From Actinobacteria bacterium UBA959 (lineage in GTDB: Bacteria; Actinomycetota; Actinomycetes; S36-B12; UBA5976), in assembly GCA_002293025.1 (NCBI GenBank), contig DBCL01000007.1, forward strand, positions 27,212 through 69,174: a DNA stretch of 41,963 nucleotides, in the 5' to 3' direction. Under the pieces are notes generated by a model. That model was not told the DNA's origin and did not search any database. It was given only the letters and a program-made list of their open reading frames with translations. A program made the position numbers and the translations under genes. The number at the start of each line of letters is the position of its first letter. The stretch's first letter is position 1. This document shows positions 29,077 to 38,209 of this stretch, piece by piece.

Positions 29077-30629
29077 TTGCCAAACCCTTCAAGAACTTTA
29101 GAACGCCTAATACCAAACATCGAAATAGAAGCCACAATAAAGAAGATAATTACTGAAATCGCACTGGCTAGCCCTAGGTCTTGGATGTATGAGCCAAAGG
29201 CTATGTTGTAGGTATAACTGATCAAGATGTCTGTAGCCCCAGCAATTTCTCCTGCTGATTCATCGCGGGGTCCACCGCCAGTGAGCAGATAGATCAAATT
29301 AAAGTTATTGAAGTTAAAAGCAAATGATGCGATCAACAGAGGAGTCAAGATTTGTAAAAGCAGCGGTAAAGTAATTTTTGAAAATATCTGTCGCCCATTA
29401 GCCCCATCTATCGCAGCAGCCTCATTCAATTCATTTGGGATAGCTTGCAGCGCACCGCTTGAGATTAAGTAGAAATACGGGAATCCAAGCCATAAGTTCA
29501 CCATAATTACTGCAAATCTTGCAAAAGAGGCATCTTCAAACCATGCAATCTCTAAGCCAAGGAGCTGGTTAATTGCTCCATAGTCTCTATTAAAGATACC
29601 GCCCCAAACCAAGATGCTGATTAAGCTTGGAATTGCATACGGCAGGATGAGAATTGACCGATAAAGTCTTTTCCCAAACAAAGGTTTGTCTAGAACAAGT
29701 GCTAGAACCAATCCCACCGCGAATGTAGTTAATACAGTGAGTGAAGCAAAGATAATTGTCCAGATAAACACTGTGATAAACGGTCCACGCACCCGTTCGT
29801 CAAAAATTAGTTTTCCGTAATGCTCGAACCAGATGGGTGTTCGCCAACCTGGTTCGAGAATAGTCTCGGGATTATTCTCAAGAGCAAAATTACCCTTGCC
29901 ATTGTTTAGATAGGCTTCTCCGGTGTACTGATTAACAAAACGATCCGTATCTTTTTCGTATTGCAATACTTGTTGTGCAACAACAGCTACTTCAAAACCT
30001 TCGGTCACAACAAACGCATCACCATCATAGAAAAATCGAGTCTCGATAACTTCAGCATCAAATTCTGACAATTTATTTGGAGGAATTCTGGTAAAGCCTG
30101 GGGCTGCGACAGCCACACCAAGTTCATTAAATTCTAGATCTGACTTATTGAGTTGGGTTAAAGACTCCTTGTTGGAGATAAAGTATTTATCATTAAATGA
30201 GTCTGATAAAAGCGCGGTTAGCCGGTCTTGGTCATCACGTCCAAGCACTAGGTCGAATGCAATTCCTTCTTCTATGGGCATTACTCCCGAGACCTGAATC
30301 CGGTCGATTGCATCATTTTGAGATATGTAGTTTCCAGTTCTATATTCATAGGTTGACATAGCCAGGGTGTAAAGAATTGGCATTATGACAAATGCGGCTA
30401 AGAGAACTAGCCCCGGAAGTAAAAATTTAAACTGTTGATATTTTGGAGAAAAGTAGACGTAGTTGACAAGTATCAAGACGACTATTAGGAAAACGGAAAT
30501 AGCCAACTGATCAGCTGCAAATGCATGGTTAGTTAGTAATATCAGCACTGAATTTACAATCAGCAAGGTAATCACCTTGGCCACAAATGCAACTGGCCCG
30601 GTGAATCTCAACAGATACTGATAGATCAT
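29073..30629 (-). CDS. malF: Maltodextrin ABC permease MalF with large extracytoplasmic P2 loop
   Basis: ILPYAIP, NLWLGFPY, EAAAIDGA, SFAFNFNNF, GATDILISYTY. Confidence 0.9.
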   Translation of the reverse strand: MIYQYLLRFTGPVAFVAKVITLLIVNSVLILLTNHAFAADQLAISVFLIVVLILVNYVYFSPKYQQFKFLLPGLVLLAAFVIMPILYTLAMSTYEYRTGNYISQNDAIDRIQVSGVMPIEEGIAFDLVLGRDDQDRLTALLSDSFNDKYFISNKESLTQLNKSDLEFNELGVAVAAPGFTRIPPNKLSEFDAEVIETRFFYDGDAFVVTEGFEVAVVAQQVLQYEKDTDRFVNQYTGEAYLNNGKGNFALENNPETILEPGWRTPIWFEHYGKLIFDERVRGPFITVFIWTIIFASLTVLTTFAVGLVLALVLDKPLFGKRLYRSILILPYAIPSLISILVWGGIFNRDYGAINQLLGLEIAWFEDASFARFAVIMVNLWLGFPYFYLISSGALQAIPNELNEAAAIDGANGRQIFSKITLPLLLQILTPLLIASFAFNFNNFNLIYLLTGGGPRDESAGEIAGATDILISYTYNIAFGSYIQDLGLASAISVIIFFIVASISMFGIRRSKVLEGFGK

Positions 30630-30651
30630 TTAATCCTTCTGGCAAATAAAT

Positions 30652-30690
30652 AATGCGGGAAGTACCATATTAATAGGCACTTCCCGCATT
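30652..30690 (-). terminator. Stem-loop between malE and malF (mRNA stabiliser or partial terminator)
   Basis: Minus strand AATGCGGGAAGTGCC...GGTACTTCCCGCATT followed by ATTTATTT. Confidence 0.7.
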
Positions 30691-30708
30691 TTTTCTAATT
30701 AGTGCAGA

Positions 30709-31962
30709 CTAAAGATCCTTTGCACCAGCGTCTAGGTTTTTCTTGAGCAGGGTGTGGAACTTATCGACCTCAGTCGCTACGTCCTTGCCTGACAAAATTG
30801 CATCCCAGAAGTTACCGGCAGCCTCCCAATAGCTGGAGCCACCTGCATTATTGCCAAGCACTGATCCAACTTCAGGAATAGTGTTTCCGCTCAAAGCTTG
30901 AGCGAATGACTTTGTCCATGAGCCAATCTGTGATTTAGCAGCACCCTTTTCAGCAGAAGCACGTTTTTCTAGCTGCTGATACTTCAACTGTCCTTGAGTG
31001 GAACCAATCCAGTTTGTTAGAAGTGATTTTGCACCCGCTTCAACGCCATGTGCTTTTGCAGACGAAGTTAGAAACGCAGCGCTTACACCACCAAGGAACT
31101 TGCCAGCCGTGCCAGCTGTTGGTCCTGGCACTCCAAGCAATGTTGGACGAACCTTGGCTGCTTCATAGGTTGAAATCTCCCATTGGCCAACGATGGCAAA
31201 TGGAACCTTGCCAGCAGCAAATTGGGTCTTGCAAAGTCCACCATTGATGTTCTTCAAGAAGCCATTCGACTTTCCAGATGAATCAAGAATGTACTTCTTA
31301 ATGTTTGCAGTCAATGCGGTCTTATCAAATGGAGAAGTCTTATCGATAGCGCCATTCTTGAATTGGTAAGCACCTCCACCGAGAGCTGAGAACAAACCAT
31401 GACCTGCCCATGCGATACCACCATCTGTGATGCACATACCGAAGTCATACTTTGACTTGTTAGCTAAATAGAAATCGACCATTTCACCAAAAGTCTGTGG
31501 CTTAGAAGTGACTAATTTGGAGTTGTAGGCAAGCGCTGGAGCATTGATATCGAGTGGTACTCCATACAGCTTTCCACCGCGACTTACCAAATCTAGATCG
31601 GTCTTGCTATAGCGAGCCTTGAAGGCTGCAGTTACCGTGAATGGAGCAAACTTGCCGTTCTTAACATTCGCAGCAGTCCAGTCGCTAGCACCGTAAATGA
31701 TGTCTGGGCCAGATGCGGCTGTCGACTTATCGAGTGCTTCTTTCAAAGCATCAAAAGTTGAATATGCCTTAACTGTGATCTTGTAACCGGGGGCTGCATT
31801 CTTATTTACTGCAAATAGTGCAGTTAAGTTTTTGCCACGGGTGTCATCAGCCCAGATGACTATTTCTTTTGTGGCAGCAGAGGCAGGTGCAACAACTAAA
31901 CCAGCAGTTAATGCAAGTCCAGCAGCAGCAGCAGTTGCCTTTGCAAATTTGTTTCCGAGCAT
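30709..31962 (-). CDS. malE: Maltose/maltodextrin ABC substrate-binding protein
   Basis: Signal peptide ending PASA; IVIWAD, GPDI, GKLYGVP, LAYN, FAAGKVPFAIVGQW; upstream of malFG and amylase; SD AAGGAG. Confidence 0.85.
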   Translation of the reverse strand: MLGNKFAKATAAAAGLALTAGLVVAPASAATKEIVIWADDTRGKNLTALFAVNKNAAPGYKITVKAYSTFDALKEALDKSTAASGPDIIYGASDWTAANVKNGKFAPFTVTAAFKARYSKTDLDLVSRGGKLYGVPLDINAPALAYNSKLVTSKPQTFGEMVDFYLANKSKYDFGMCITDGGIAWAGHGLFSALGGGAYQFKNGAIDKTSPFDKTALTANIKKYILDSSGKSNGFLKNINGGLCKTQFAAGKVPFAIVGQWEISTYEAAKVRPTLLGVPGPTAGTAGKFLGGVSAAFLTSSAKAHGVEAGAKSLLTNWIGSTQGQLKYQQLEKRASAEKGAAKSQIGSWTKSFAQALSGNTIPEVGSVLGNNAGGSSYWEAAGNFWDAILSGKDVATEVDKFHTLLKKNLDAGAKDL

Positions 31963-32156
31963 GTGCTCGCTCCTTCGTTGGCAGAGGTGTCGCCGATAGG
32001 CAACTCCCTAAGTCTTACGCCTGATGTACGCGTATGCAAGGCAGGGGGTAGTTGAGCCGCGAAAAAAATCTAAAAAAGTCAACAAAATCAAGGGAATGAA
32101 CAACTTTCTGCACTCTTACATCCCGTTACATCACGGAGGTTAGACCAACCGGTTAA

Positions 32157-32516
32157 CTACTGGCCCTGTTTATCCATAAAGGATCTAAACGCTGCGAATG
32201 CTCGTGGGCCATAAACAGTGCCAGGGCCACCCATCATCTGGATTGCTACCCCGATCAACTCGGCCACCTCAGTTTCGTTTGCACCGTGCTTTACCAGCCC
32301 CTTAGCATGCGAAGCAATGCAGCCATCACAGTGACTGGCAATAGCGAACGCCATCGCAATTAACTCTTTCGTCTTTGCATCTAGCGCTCCAGGCTTTTGA
32401 GCTGCAACTGAAAGTTTGGCAAATGCTTCATAAACCTCTGGGATGTGTTTTCTAAGTTCTCGACCCAATGGGACTAGTTCGTTCAAAGTTTCTTGGCCGT
32501 GCGTGTGTTCAGTCAT
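32157..32516 (-). CDS. Carboxymuconolactone decarboxylase/AhpD-like family protein
   Basis: GALDAKTKELIA, HCDGCIASH (CxxC), MMGGPG; ATG 32516 lies 6 nt after TAGGCT. Confidence 0.88.
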   Translation of the reverse strand: MTEHTHGQETLNELVPLGRELRKHIPEVYEAFAKLSVAAQKPGALDAKTKELIAMAFAIASHCDGCIASHAKGLVKHGANETEVAELIGVAIQMMGGPGTVYGPRAFAAFRSFMDKQGQ

Positions 32517-32561
32517 TTGCACAGCCTAGATCCAAACGGGCTTGAGCACTATCTTTAACGC

Positions 32562-33374
32562 ATGGCTAATTTAGGGGATGTGGCGACAGCCATTGAGAAT
32601 TGGTATCCCAAGGAGCTAGCCGAAGAATGGGATTTGATTGGAGTTGCCGTAGGGGAGTCAGATCAAGTAGTTAACTCTGTCTTGCTTGTGGTTGATCTGA
32701 CTTTAGAAACTTTGGCAGAAGCTAAGGCCTTAAATTGCAATCTAGTAGTTGCCCACCATCCAATTTACTTGCCAAACTCACCTGAAGAAATTCTTCCTAA
32801 ACGAATTCAAAATATAATTACAGATTGTAAAGAATCACAGATTAGTGTTTACGTTGCTCACACAAATGCTGATAATGCAACAGAAGGTGTCTCAGATGCC
32901 CTCGCGTCAGCTTTGGGATTAGAAATCAATAGTTCGATTACCAATAGAGAGTTAAAAACGGGCATGGGTCGAGTGGGGAGATTAGTTACGCCAACATCAT
33001 TATCTAAGTTCGCTGAATTAGTGGGTAAAGCTCTGCCCATTAACAATTTTGGCACGCTAGTTGCTGGAGATCTTCAAAAGGAAGTATCCGTAGTGGCCTG
33101 TTGTGCTGGCTCAGGTGCTTCACTACTCACTGAGTTAGCCAACCATCAAGTTGATGTGTTTGTGACAGCTGACTTGAAGCATCATGCTGCTATAGACCAC
33201 CTTCAAGACAGCGAGATTGCCCTAGTGAATGTCTCTCATTGGGCGTCAGAATGGTTGTGGTTGAATGTCCTGCAGCGCAAACTAAATAGGGAGTTTCCAG
33301 CGATGAAGGTTCATGTCTCCAACTTAGTAACTGACGCTTGGGATCTTCACATCTCCACAGGAGCGACTCAATGA
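32562..33374 (+). CDS. Nif3-like dinuclear metal protein (short form)
   Basis: LAEEWD, AHHP, AHTNAD, GSG, TADLKHH, SHWASEW. Confidence 0.9.
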   Translation: MANLGDVATAIENWYPKELAEEWDLIGVAVGESDQVVNSVLLVVDLTLETLAEAKALNCNLVVAHHPIYLPNSPEEILPKRIQNIITDCKESQISVYVAHTNADNATEGVSDALASALGLEINSSITNRELKTGMGRVGRLVTPTSLSKFAELVGKALPINNFGTLVAGDLQKEVSVVACCAGSGASLLTELANHQVDVFVTADLKHHAAIDHLQDSEIALVNVSHWASEWLWLNVLQRKLNREFPAMKVHVSNLVTDAWDLHISTGATQ

Positions 33375-34093
33375 AAGTTGCTCGCGAACATCAATTGCGG
33401 TTAATTGAATTACAAGATTTTGATACTGCTGTGAGTCAACTCAACCATAAGGAAAAGACTCTTCCAGAGATATTGCGTCGCGATCAATTAAAAGCCGCCT
33501 TGCCAATTGCCGAAAACGCTTTAGTCAGCGCCAAGACGGTCGCATCTGACATACAAAAATTAGTTAAACGAGCAGATGAAGATGTTGAGCAAGTGCGTCA
33601 GCGAATTTCTAAAGATTCAGCGTTATTAGATAGTGGAACTTTGAGTCCAAAAGACTTGGTGAACATGCAGCATGAACTTGAAACTTTGAAGAGACGACAG
33701 AATGTCTTGGAAGACGAAGAACTTGAGATCATGACCAAGGCAGAGGAAGCCGAAGGGGTGGCAATTGCTGCTCAGTCCGAGTTTGAGCAAGCTAAGGCTG
33801 AATTGGAATCAGCAACGGCAGCAGCAGATATTTTGATTGCTGAGATAAAGGCTGAACGAGATCAGAATTTTACTCATATTGAACAGTTGCGGAAAGTAAT
33901 CGACTTAGATTTAATCAAACTTTACGACAAGATCAAATCAGATCAAGGCGGAATTGGTGCCGCAAAGTTAGTGGACAAGACCTGTGATGGATGCAGATTG
34001 GAGTTGAGCTCTACAGACCTAAGTGCAATTAAAGCTAGTGATGTTGAAGAGGTAATTAGGTGCGATAATTGCCGCAGAATTCTGGTTCGATAG
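33371..34093 (+). CDS. DUF164 coiled-coil / C4 zinc-ribbon protein
   Basis: Long coiled coil, CDGC...CDNCRRILVR; ATGA overlap with Nif3. Confidence 0.9.
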   Translation: MKVAREHQLRLIELQDFDTAVSQLNHKEKTLPEILRRDQLKAALPIAENALVSAKTVASDIQKLVKRADEDVEQVRQRISKDSALLDSGTLSPKDLVNMQHELETLKRRQNVLEDEELEIMTKAEEAEGVAIAAQSEFEQAKAELESATAAADILIAEIKAERDQNFTHIEQLRKVIDLDLIKLYDKIKSDQGGIGAAKLVDKTCDGCRLELSSTDLSAIKASDVEEVIRCDNCRRILVR

Positions 34094-34503
34094 TGAGCAA
34101 ATACATCGCTGAAGCTGATGGTGGATCCCGCGGAAACCCAGGACCAGCGGCTTTTGGTGCATTAGTAAGAGAAGCTGGCACTCTAAAGGTTATTGCCGAA
34201 AAATGGGAATACATTGGAGAAGAAACAAACAATGTGGCCGAGTATTGCGGCCTCATAGCTGCATTGGAGTTAGTTAAAGAATTGGATCCAACTGCTGAGG
34301 TTGAAATTCGGATGGACTCCAAGTTGGTTGTTGAACAAATGACTGGAAATTGGAAGATAAAACATCCAGGACTAAAGCCATTAGCGATTAAGGCTCAGGG
34401 CATCCTGCCTAGAGGGCAAGTAACTTATAAGTGGATACCCCGTGCTGAAAACTTTGAAGCCGACAGATTAGTAAACCAAGCCCTAGATAGTTACACGATT
34501 TAA
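34093..34503 (+). CDS. rnhA: Ribonuclease HI (stand-alone domain)
   Basis: EADGGSRGNPGPA, TNNVAEY, MDSKLVVEQM, WIPRAENFEAD. Confidence 0.9.
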   Translation: MSKYIAEADGGSRGNPGPAAFGALVREAGTLKVIAEKWEYIGEETNNVAEYCGLIAALELVKELDPTAEVEIRMDSKLVVEQMTGNWKIKHPGLKPLAIKAQGILPRGQVTYKWIPRAENFEADRLVNQALDSYTI

Positions 34504-34539
34504 TCGATTTTTAGGTGCGATTGCCACCATACTTATGCC

Positions 34540-34974
34540 ATGACATCAAAAGTTAAGAAATACACTGCAGGCAGAGGGCTTGCCATTTTCTTGGTAATAA
34601 CAGGAAGCACTCACTTCATTTCACCAGAAGGTTTTGACGCAATAGTTCCACCGATACTGCCATTTGACCCAAGACTTTGGACTTATCTCAGTGGATTCGC
34701 AGAACTTCTGGTAGCGGCACTTTTGCTAGTGCCAATTAGCAAGAAATTCTTAAATGTGCATGTCAGGTTAATTGCTGGATGGTTGGCCTTAGCACTATTT
34801 GTTGCTGTTTTTCCAGCAAACATATACATGGCAATTGATTGGTGGGATCGTCCGATGCCAGAACCCCTGTATGCGCTTGCAAGGCTTCCGCTGCAGTTTG
34901 GACTGTTTTATTGGTGTTGGGCGCTGATTAAGGATTTTCGCCGTGAGATAAGCGAGACTCGTCCAAAACACTGA
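34540..34974 (+). CDS. DoxX-like membrane protein
   Basis: HF..PEGFDAIVP, SGFAEL, AVFPANIYMA, RLPLQ. Confidence 0.78.
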   Translation: MTSKVKKYTAGRGLAIFLVITGSTHFISPEGFDAIVPPILPFDPRLWTYLSGFAELLVAALLLVPISKKFLNVHVRLIAGWLALALFVAVFPANIYMAIDWWDRPMPEPLYALARLPLQFGLFYWCWALIKDFRREISETRPKH

Positions 34975-35078
34975 TTTTCAAGTTCGTGCCGCCAATCTCA
35001 AAAAGTCGCTCTCTAGCCCCTTTATGGCTAGAATTCTAAGCAGTCCCGAAGGGGCTACCTGCCGAAGGAGTTTAATTA

Positions 35079-36350
35079 ATGTTCAAAAAACTATCTGCAG
35101 CTTTCTTGGCCCTGGCCCTAACCATTGTCATGGGTCCAGTAACGCCGACTGCCGCTGCTGAAAAAGAAATAACTTTAGCCCTGTGGGATGAAGTGCAAAA
35201 GCCAATCATTCAACAGTCAATTGACAAGTTCAATGTTAAGTTCAAAGGCAAATACAAGGCAACGATTGCCCAGACTCCATGGGGAGAGTTCTGGACAAAG
35301 CTTGACGCAACTATGCCAACCAATAAAACACCAGATGTAACTTGGATGAATGTATTTTTACCAAAGTATGCAAATGGTAAAGTTTTGGAAGACCTAACTC
35401 CTTACATTAAAAAGGACAAGGCTCTAAAAATGAGTGCATATGTGCCTGGCCGTGTAGCGGCATTTAATTACAAGAATGCGCAATATGCCCTACCAAAAGG
35501 CATGGATGCCGTTTTCGTTGCATACAACAAAGCAATATTCGATAAATATGGAGTCGCTTACCCACGTGCGAATTGGGACTGGACCAGCTTAAATGCAATC
35601 TCAGGAAATTTGGCCCGTAAGATGAAAGCTGCCGGAGCAACATCTGAGTATCCAATTGCTATGGAATTAGATCTACAGCCATCGTCTGCTAATTTCTTGC
35701 ATCAAGATGGTGCTGATTTCCTCACTTTGGATAAGACAAAGACCTTAGCTGCCACCCCACAAGGAATTGCAACTTTCCAAAAGGTGATTGATTTGATGAA
35801 TACTGGGAGGATGGCTCCATACACAGTACTATCCGAAACAAAAGCTTCTGACTTGTTCATTTCCGGAAAAGCCGCAATTATTTTCGTGGGATCATGGAAG
35901 GCAAGAGTTTTGGAAACATCAAGCATTGGTAAGGCCAAACAGATTGGTTTGGTTCAAATGCCAAAAGGTAAATTAAATAACTACAGTGTTGCAGGTGGTC
36001 TTGGTTACGCCATGGCAAAGAACTCTCAGAATAAGGCTGGTGCTTGGGAATTAATTAAGTTCATCACCAGTCAACAATCCATGACTAATGAGGCGCTAAA
36101 TGGAATTGAGTTTCCAGCTCGCGCCGACAGTCAAGGCGCATATGCTCGTGGATTCCAAAATATTGATCCGTCAGTAATTTTGGCAGCAACCAAGACGGCT
36201 GTACCGTATCCACATAATGGTAATCCTGCCTCATTGACTCCACTCCAAAACGCGATTGCACTTGCTTACTCTCAGAAAGCCCCACTCGCTGAGACAATCA
36301 AGAGCGGAGCTGAAGCGACACAAAAACTTCTAGATGACCTTAATAAGTAA
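35079..36350 (+). CDS. Carbohydrate ABC substrate-binding protein (CUT1)
   Basis: Signal peptide ending AAA; PWGEFWTKL, TPDV, YALP, YNKAIFD, FISGKAA, AWELIKF; SD AAGGAG. Confidence 0.9.
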   Translation: MFKKLSAAFLALALTIVMGPVTPTAAAEKEITLALWDEVQKPIIQQSIDKFNVKFKGKYKATIAQTPWGEFWTKLDATMPTNKTPDVTWMNVFLPKYANGKVLEDLTPYIKKDKALKMSAYVPGRVAAFNYKNAQYALPKGMDAVFVAYNKAIFDKYGVAYPRANWDWTSLNAISGNLARKMKAAGATSEYPIAMELDLQPSSANFLHQDGADFLTLDKTKTLAATPQGIATFQKVIDLMNTGRMAPYTVLSETKASDLFISGKAAIIFVGSWKARVLETSSIGKAKQIGLVQMPKGKLNNYSVAGGLGYAMAKNSQNKAGAWELIKFITSQQSMTNEALNGIEFPARADSQGAYARGFQNIDPSVILAATKTAVPYPHNGNPASLTPLQNAIALAYSQKAPLAETIKSGAEATQKLLDDLNK

Positions 36351-36372
36351 TTTCTAAAAGTTTTTGAATAAG

Positions 36373-36420
36373 TAAAGTAGTGAGTAACTTTAAAGAAATT
36401 TAAAGTTACTCACTACTTTA
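36373..36420 (+). repeat. Perfect 22-bp inverted repeat with GAAA loop after the SBP gene
   Basis: TAAAGTAGTGAGTAACTTTAAA-GAAA-TTTAAAGTTACTCACTACTTTA. Confidence 0.9.
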
Positions 36421-36444
36421 TCCTTACAGAAGGAATTTGGTGTG

Positions 36445-37323
36445 ATGAAAAGATTTAGGGCTGGATTGAGCGGCTACTTGTTTATTGCGCCTCTGTTTTC
36501 AGGTTTATTGTTGCTTTATGTCTACGCATTTGTGCAAAATATTTTCTATGGCTTTAATGATGTTGGGGTATTTGGTGAGCGAACTTTTGTAGGCTTAGAG
36601 AATTATTCTGAACTATTTCAAGACCCAATATTCATCCGTTCACTAATAAATACGTTTTTTTACGCAGGCTTAGGTGTACCCCTGGTAGTTGTGATCTCAG
36701 TTTGTTTAGCTTGGCTTTTGAATCAAAAGATAAAAGGTCAAGCCCTGTATCGCACTGCAGTCTTCATACCTGCAATCACACTTCCTGCTGCGATCGGTTT
36801 GCTATGGCGTTGGTTGTATAACTCACAATACGGACTAATTAACTTCCTAATTAGTAAATTGGGCTTTGAACCAAAGGCCTGGATAAGTGACCCAGATATT
36901 GTGAGATGGTCTATTTTGATTGTTTTGGTTTGGTCATCAGTTAGTTATATGGTAATTATCCTTTTAGCAGGGCTCCAACGCATCTCCAGTGTTTATTATG
37001 ATGCGGCTCAAATTGATGGCGCAAATACGCGTCAAATTTTTTTCAAAATTACGTTACCCTTATTAAGTCCAACAATATTTTTCGTAGCAATTGTTTCAAT
37101 GATAGGATTTTTGCAAGTTTTTGATGTAATTTTCTTAATGATTAGAGACGGATCAGTTGCTTATCAGTATGCAAGTTCACTTGTCACCTACTTTTATGAA
37201 GCGGCTTTTGCCCAAAATTTAAGAGGTTATGGAGCAGCAATCTCAGTAATTTCTTTGATCTTAATTTTTGCAATTACTTTCATGCAATTCAGATTACAAA
37301 AGCGATGGGTTCATTATGATTAA
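36445..37323 (+). CDS. Carbohydrate ABC permease
   Basis: GYLFIAP, FVGLENY, YDAAQIDGA, TLPLLSPTIFF; start 36442 or 36445. Confidence 0.92.
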   Translation: MKRFRAGLSGYLFIAPLFSGLLLLYVYAFVQNIFYGFNDVGVFGERTFVGLENYSELFQDPIFIRSLINTFFYAGLGVPLVVVISVCLAWLLNQKIKGQALYRTAVFIPAITLPAAIGLLWRWLYNSQYGLINFLISKLGFEPKAWISDPDIVRWSILIVLVWSSVSYMVIILLAGLQRISSVYYDAAQIDGANTRQIFFKITLPLLSPTIFFVAIVSMIGFLQVFDVIFLMIRDGSVAYQYASSLVTYFYEAAFAQNLRGYGAAISVISLILIFAITFMQFRLQKRWVHYD

Positions 37324-37335
37324 GCAGGAAATACA

Positions 37336-38157
37336 ATGACGATTATCAGGCGATATTGGATCCATGTAGTCCTTATCTTGGCATCAATAACATTTGTTGG
37401 TCCATTTATTTGGATGTTTCTGACTTCCCTTAAAACTTACGAAGAAACTATTCAAGTTCCAATAGTCTGGCTTCCAGAACAAATTCAATGGGTGAATTAT
37501 CAGATTGTTAATGAAAAATTTCCGTTTTTAACTCTTTACTTCAATACAGTTGCGGTTGTCCTAGCTACCGTTGTATTACAACTGCTAATAGCTTCTTTGG
37601 CAGCCTTTGCGTTCGCGCGACTGCAATTTCCAGGAAAAAATGCATTGTTTATAATTATGCTTAGTTTGTTGATGGTTCCAGGTCAAATATTCTTAATTCC
37701 ACAGTTTCAAATAATTGGAGTGCGATTCAATTTAATTGATACGCTGACAGCTTTAGTCGTGCCCAATGTTTTCAGTGTTTTTGGGGTTTTTTTACTCAGA
37801 CAGTTTTTCGCAGCAATTCCGCAAGAACTTGAAGATGCAGCCAAGATAGATGGTTGTAGCAGCCTACGGATTTATTGGCAGATCATGATGCCATTGGTTA
37901 CTCCTGGCCTTGTTGCCTTAGGAATTCTGACCATGATTAGCAGCTGGAAGGAACTTCTTTGGCCACTAATTGTTAACCAGTCAATTGATAAGATGCCACT
38001 CTCTGCTGGCTTAGCTAACTTGATTGGTGAGCACACCACCTATCACGAGCAGGTCATGGCTGGGGCAGTAATTTCCGTTTTACCAATGATCATTATTTTT
38101 GCATTCTTCCAGAGAAAATTTGTGGAAAGTATCGCTCAAACAGGGATCAAGGGCTAG
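37336..38157 (+). CDS. Carbohydrate ABC permease
   Basis: PFIWM, FARLQFPG, FLLRQFF, ELEDAAKIDG, QTGIKG. Confidence 0.92.
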   Translation: MTIIRRYWIHVVLILASITFVGPFIWMFLTSLKTYEETIQVPIVWLPEQIQWVNYQIVNEKFPFLTLYFNTVAVVLATVVLQLLIASLAAFAFARLQFPGKNALFIIMLSLLMVPGQIFLIPQFQIIGVRFNLIDTLTALVVPNVFSVFGVFLLRQFFAAIPQELEDAAKIDGCSSLRIYWQIMMPLVTPGLVALGILTMISSWKELLWPLIVNQSIDKMPLSAGLANLIGEHTTYHEQVMAGAVISVLPMIIIFAFFQRKFVESIAQTGIKG

Positions 38158-38209
38158 GTGTTTTGCGTTACAAATCGTTCCAAACCACGTAAAAGCACAA
38201 GGAGAGTTA

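Noticed and set aside
38099-38209. Long start for the PIG-L deacetylase
   Set aside because: Overlaps the permease; ATG 38210 has a clear AAGGAG
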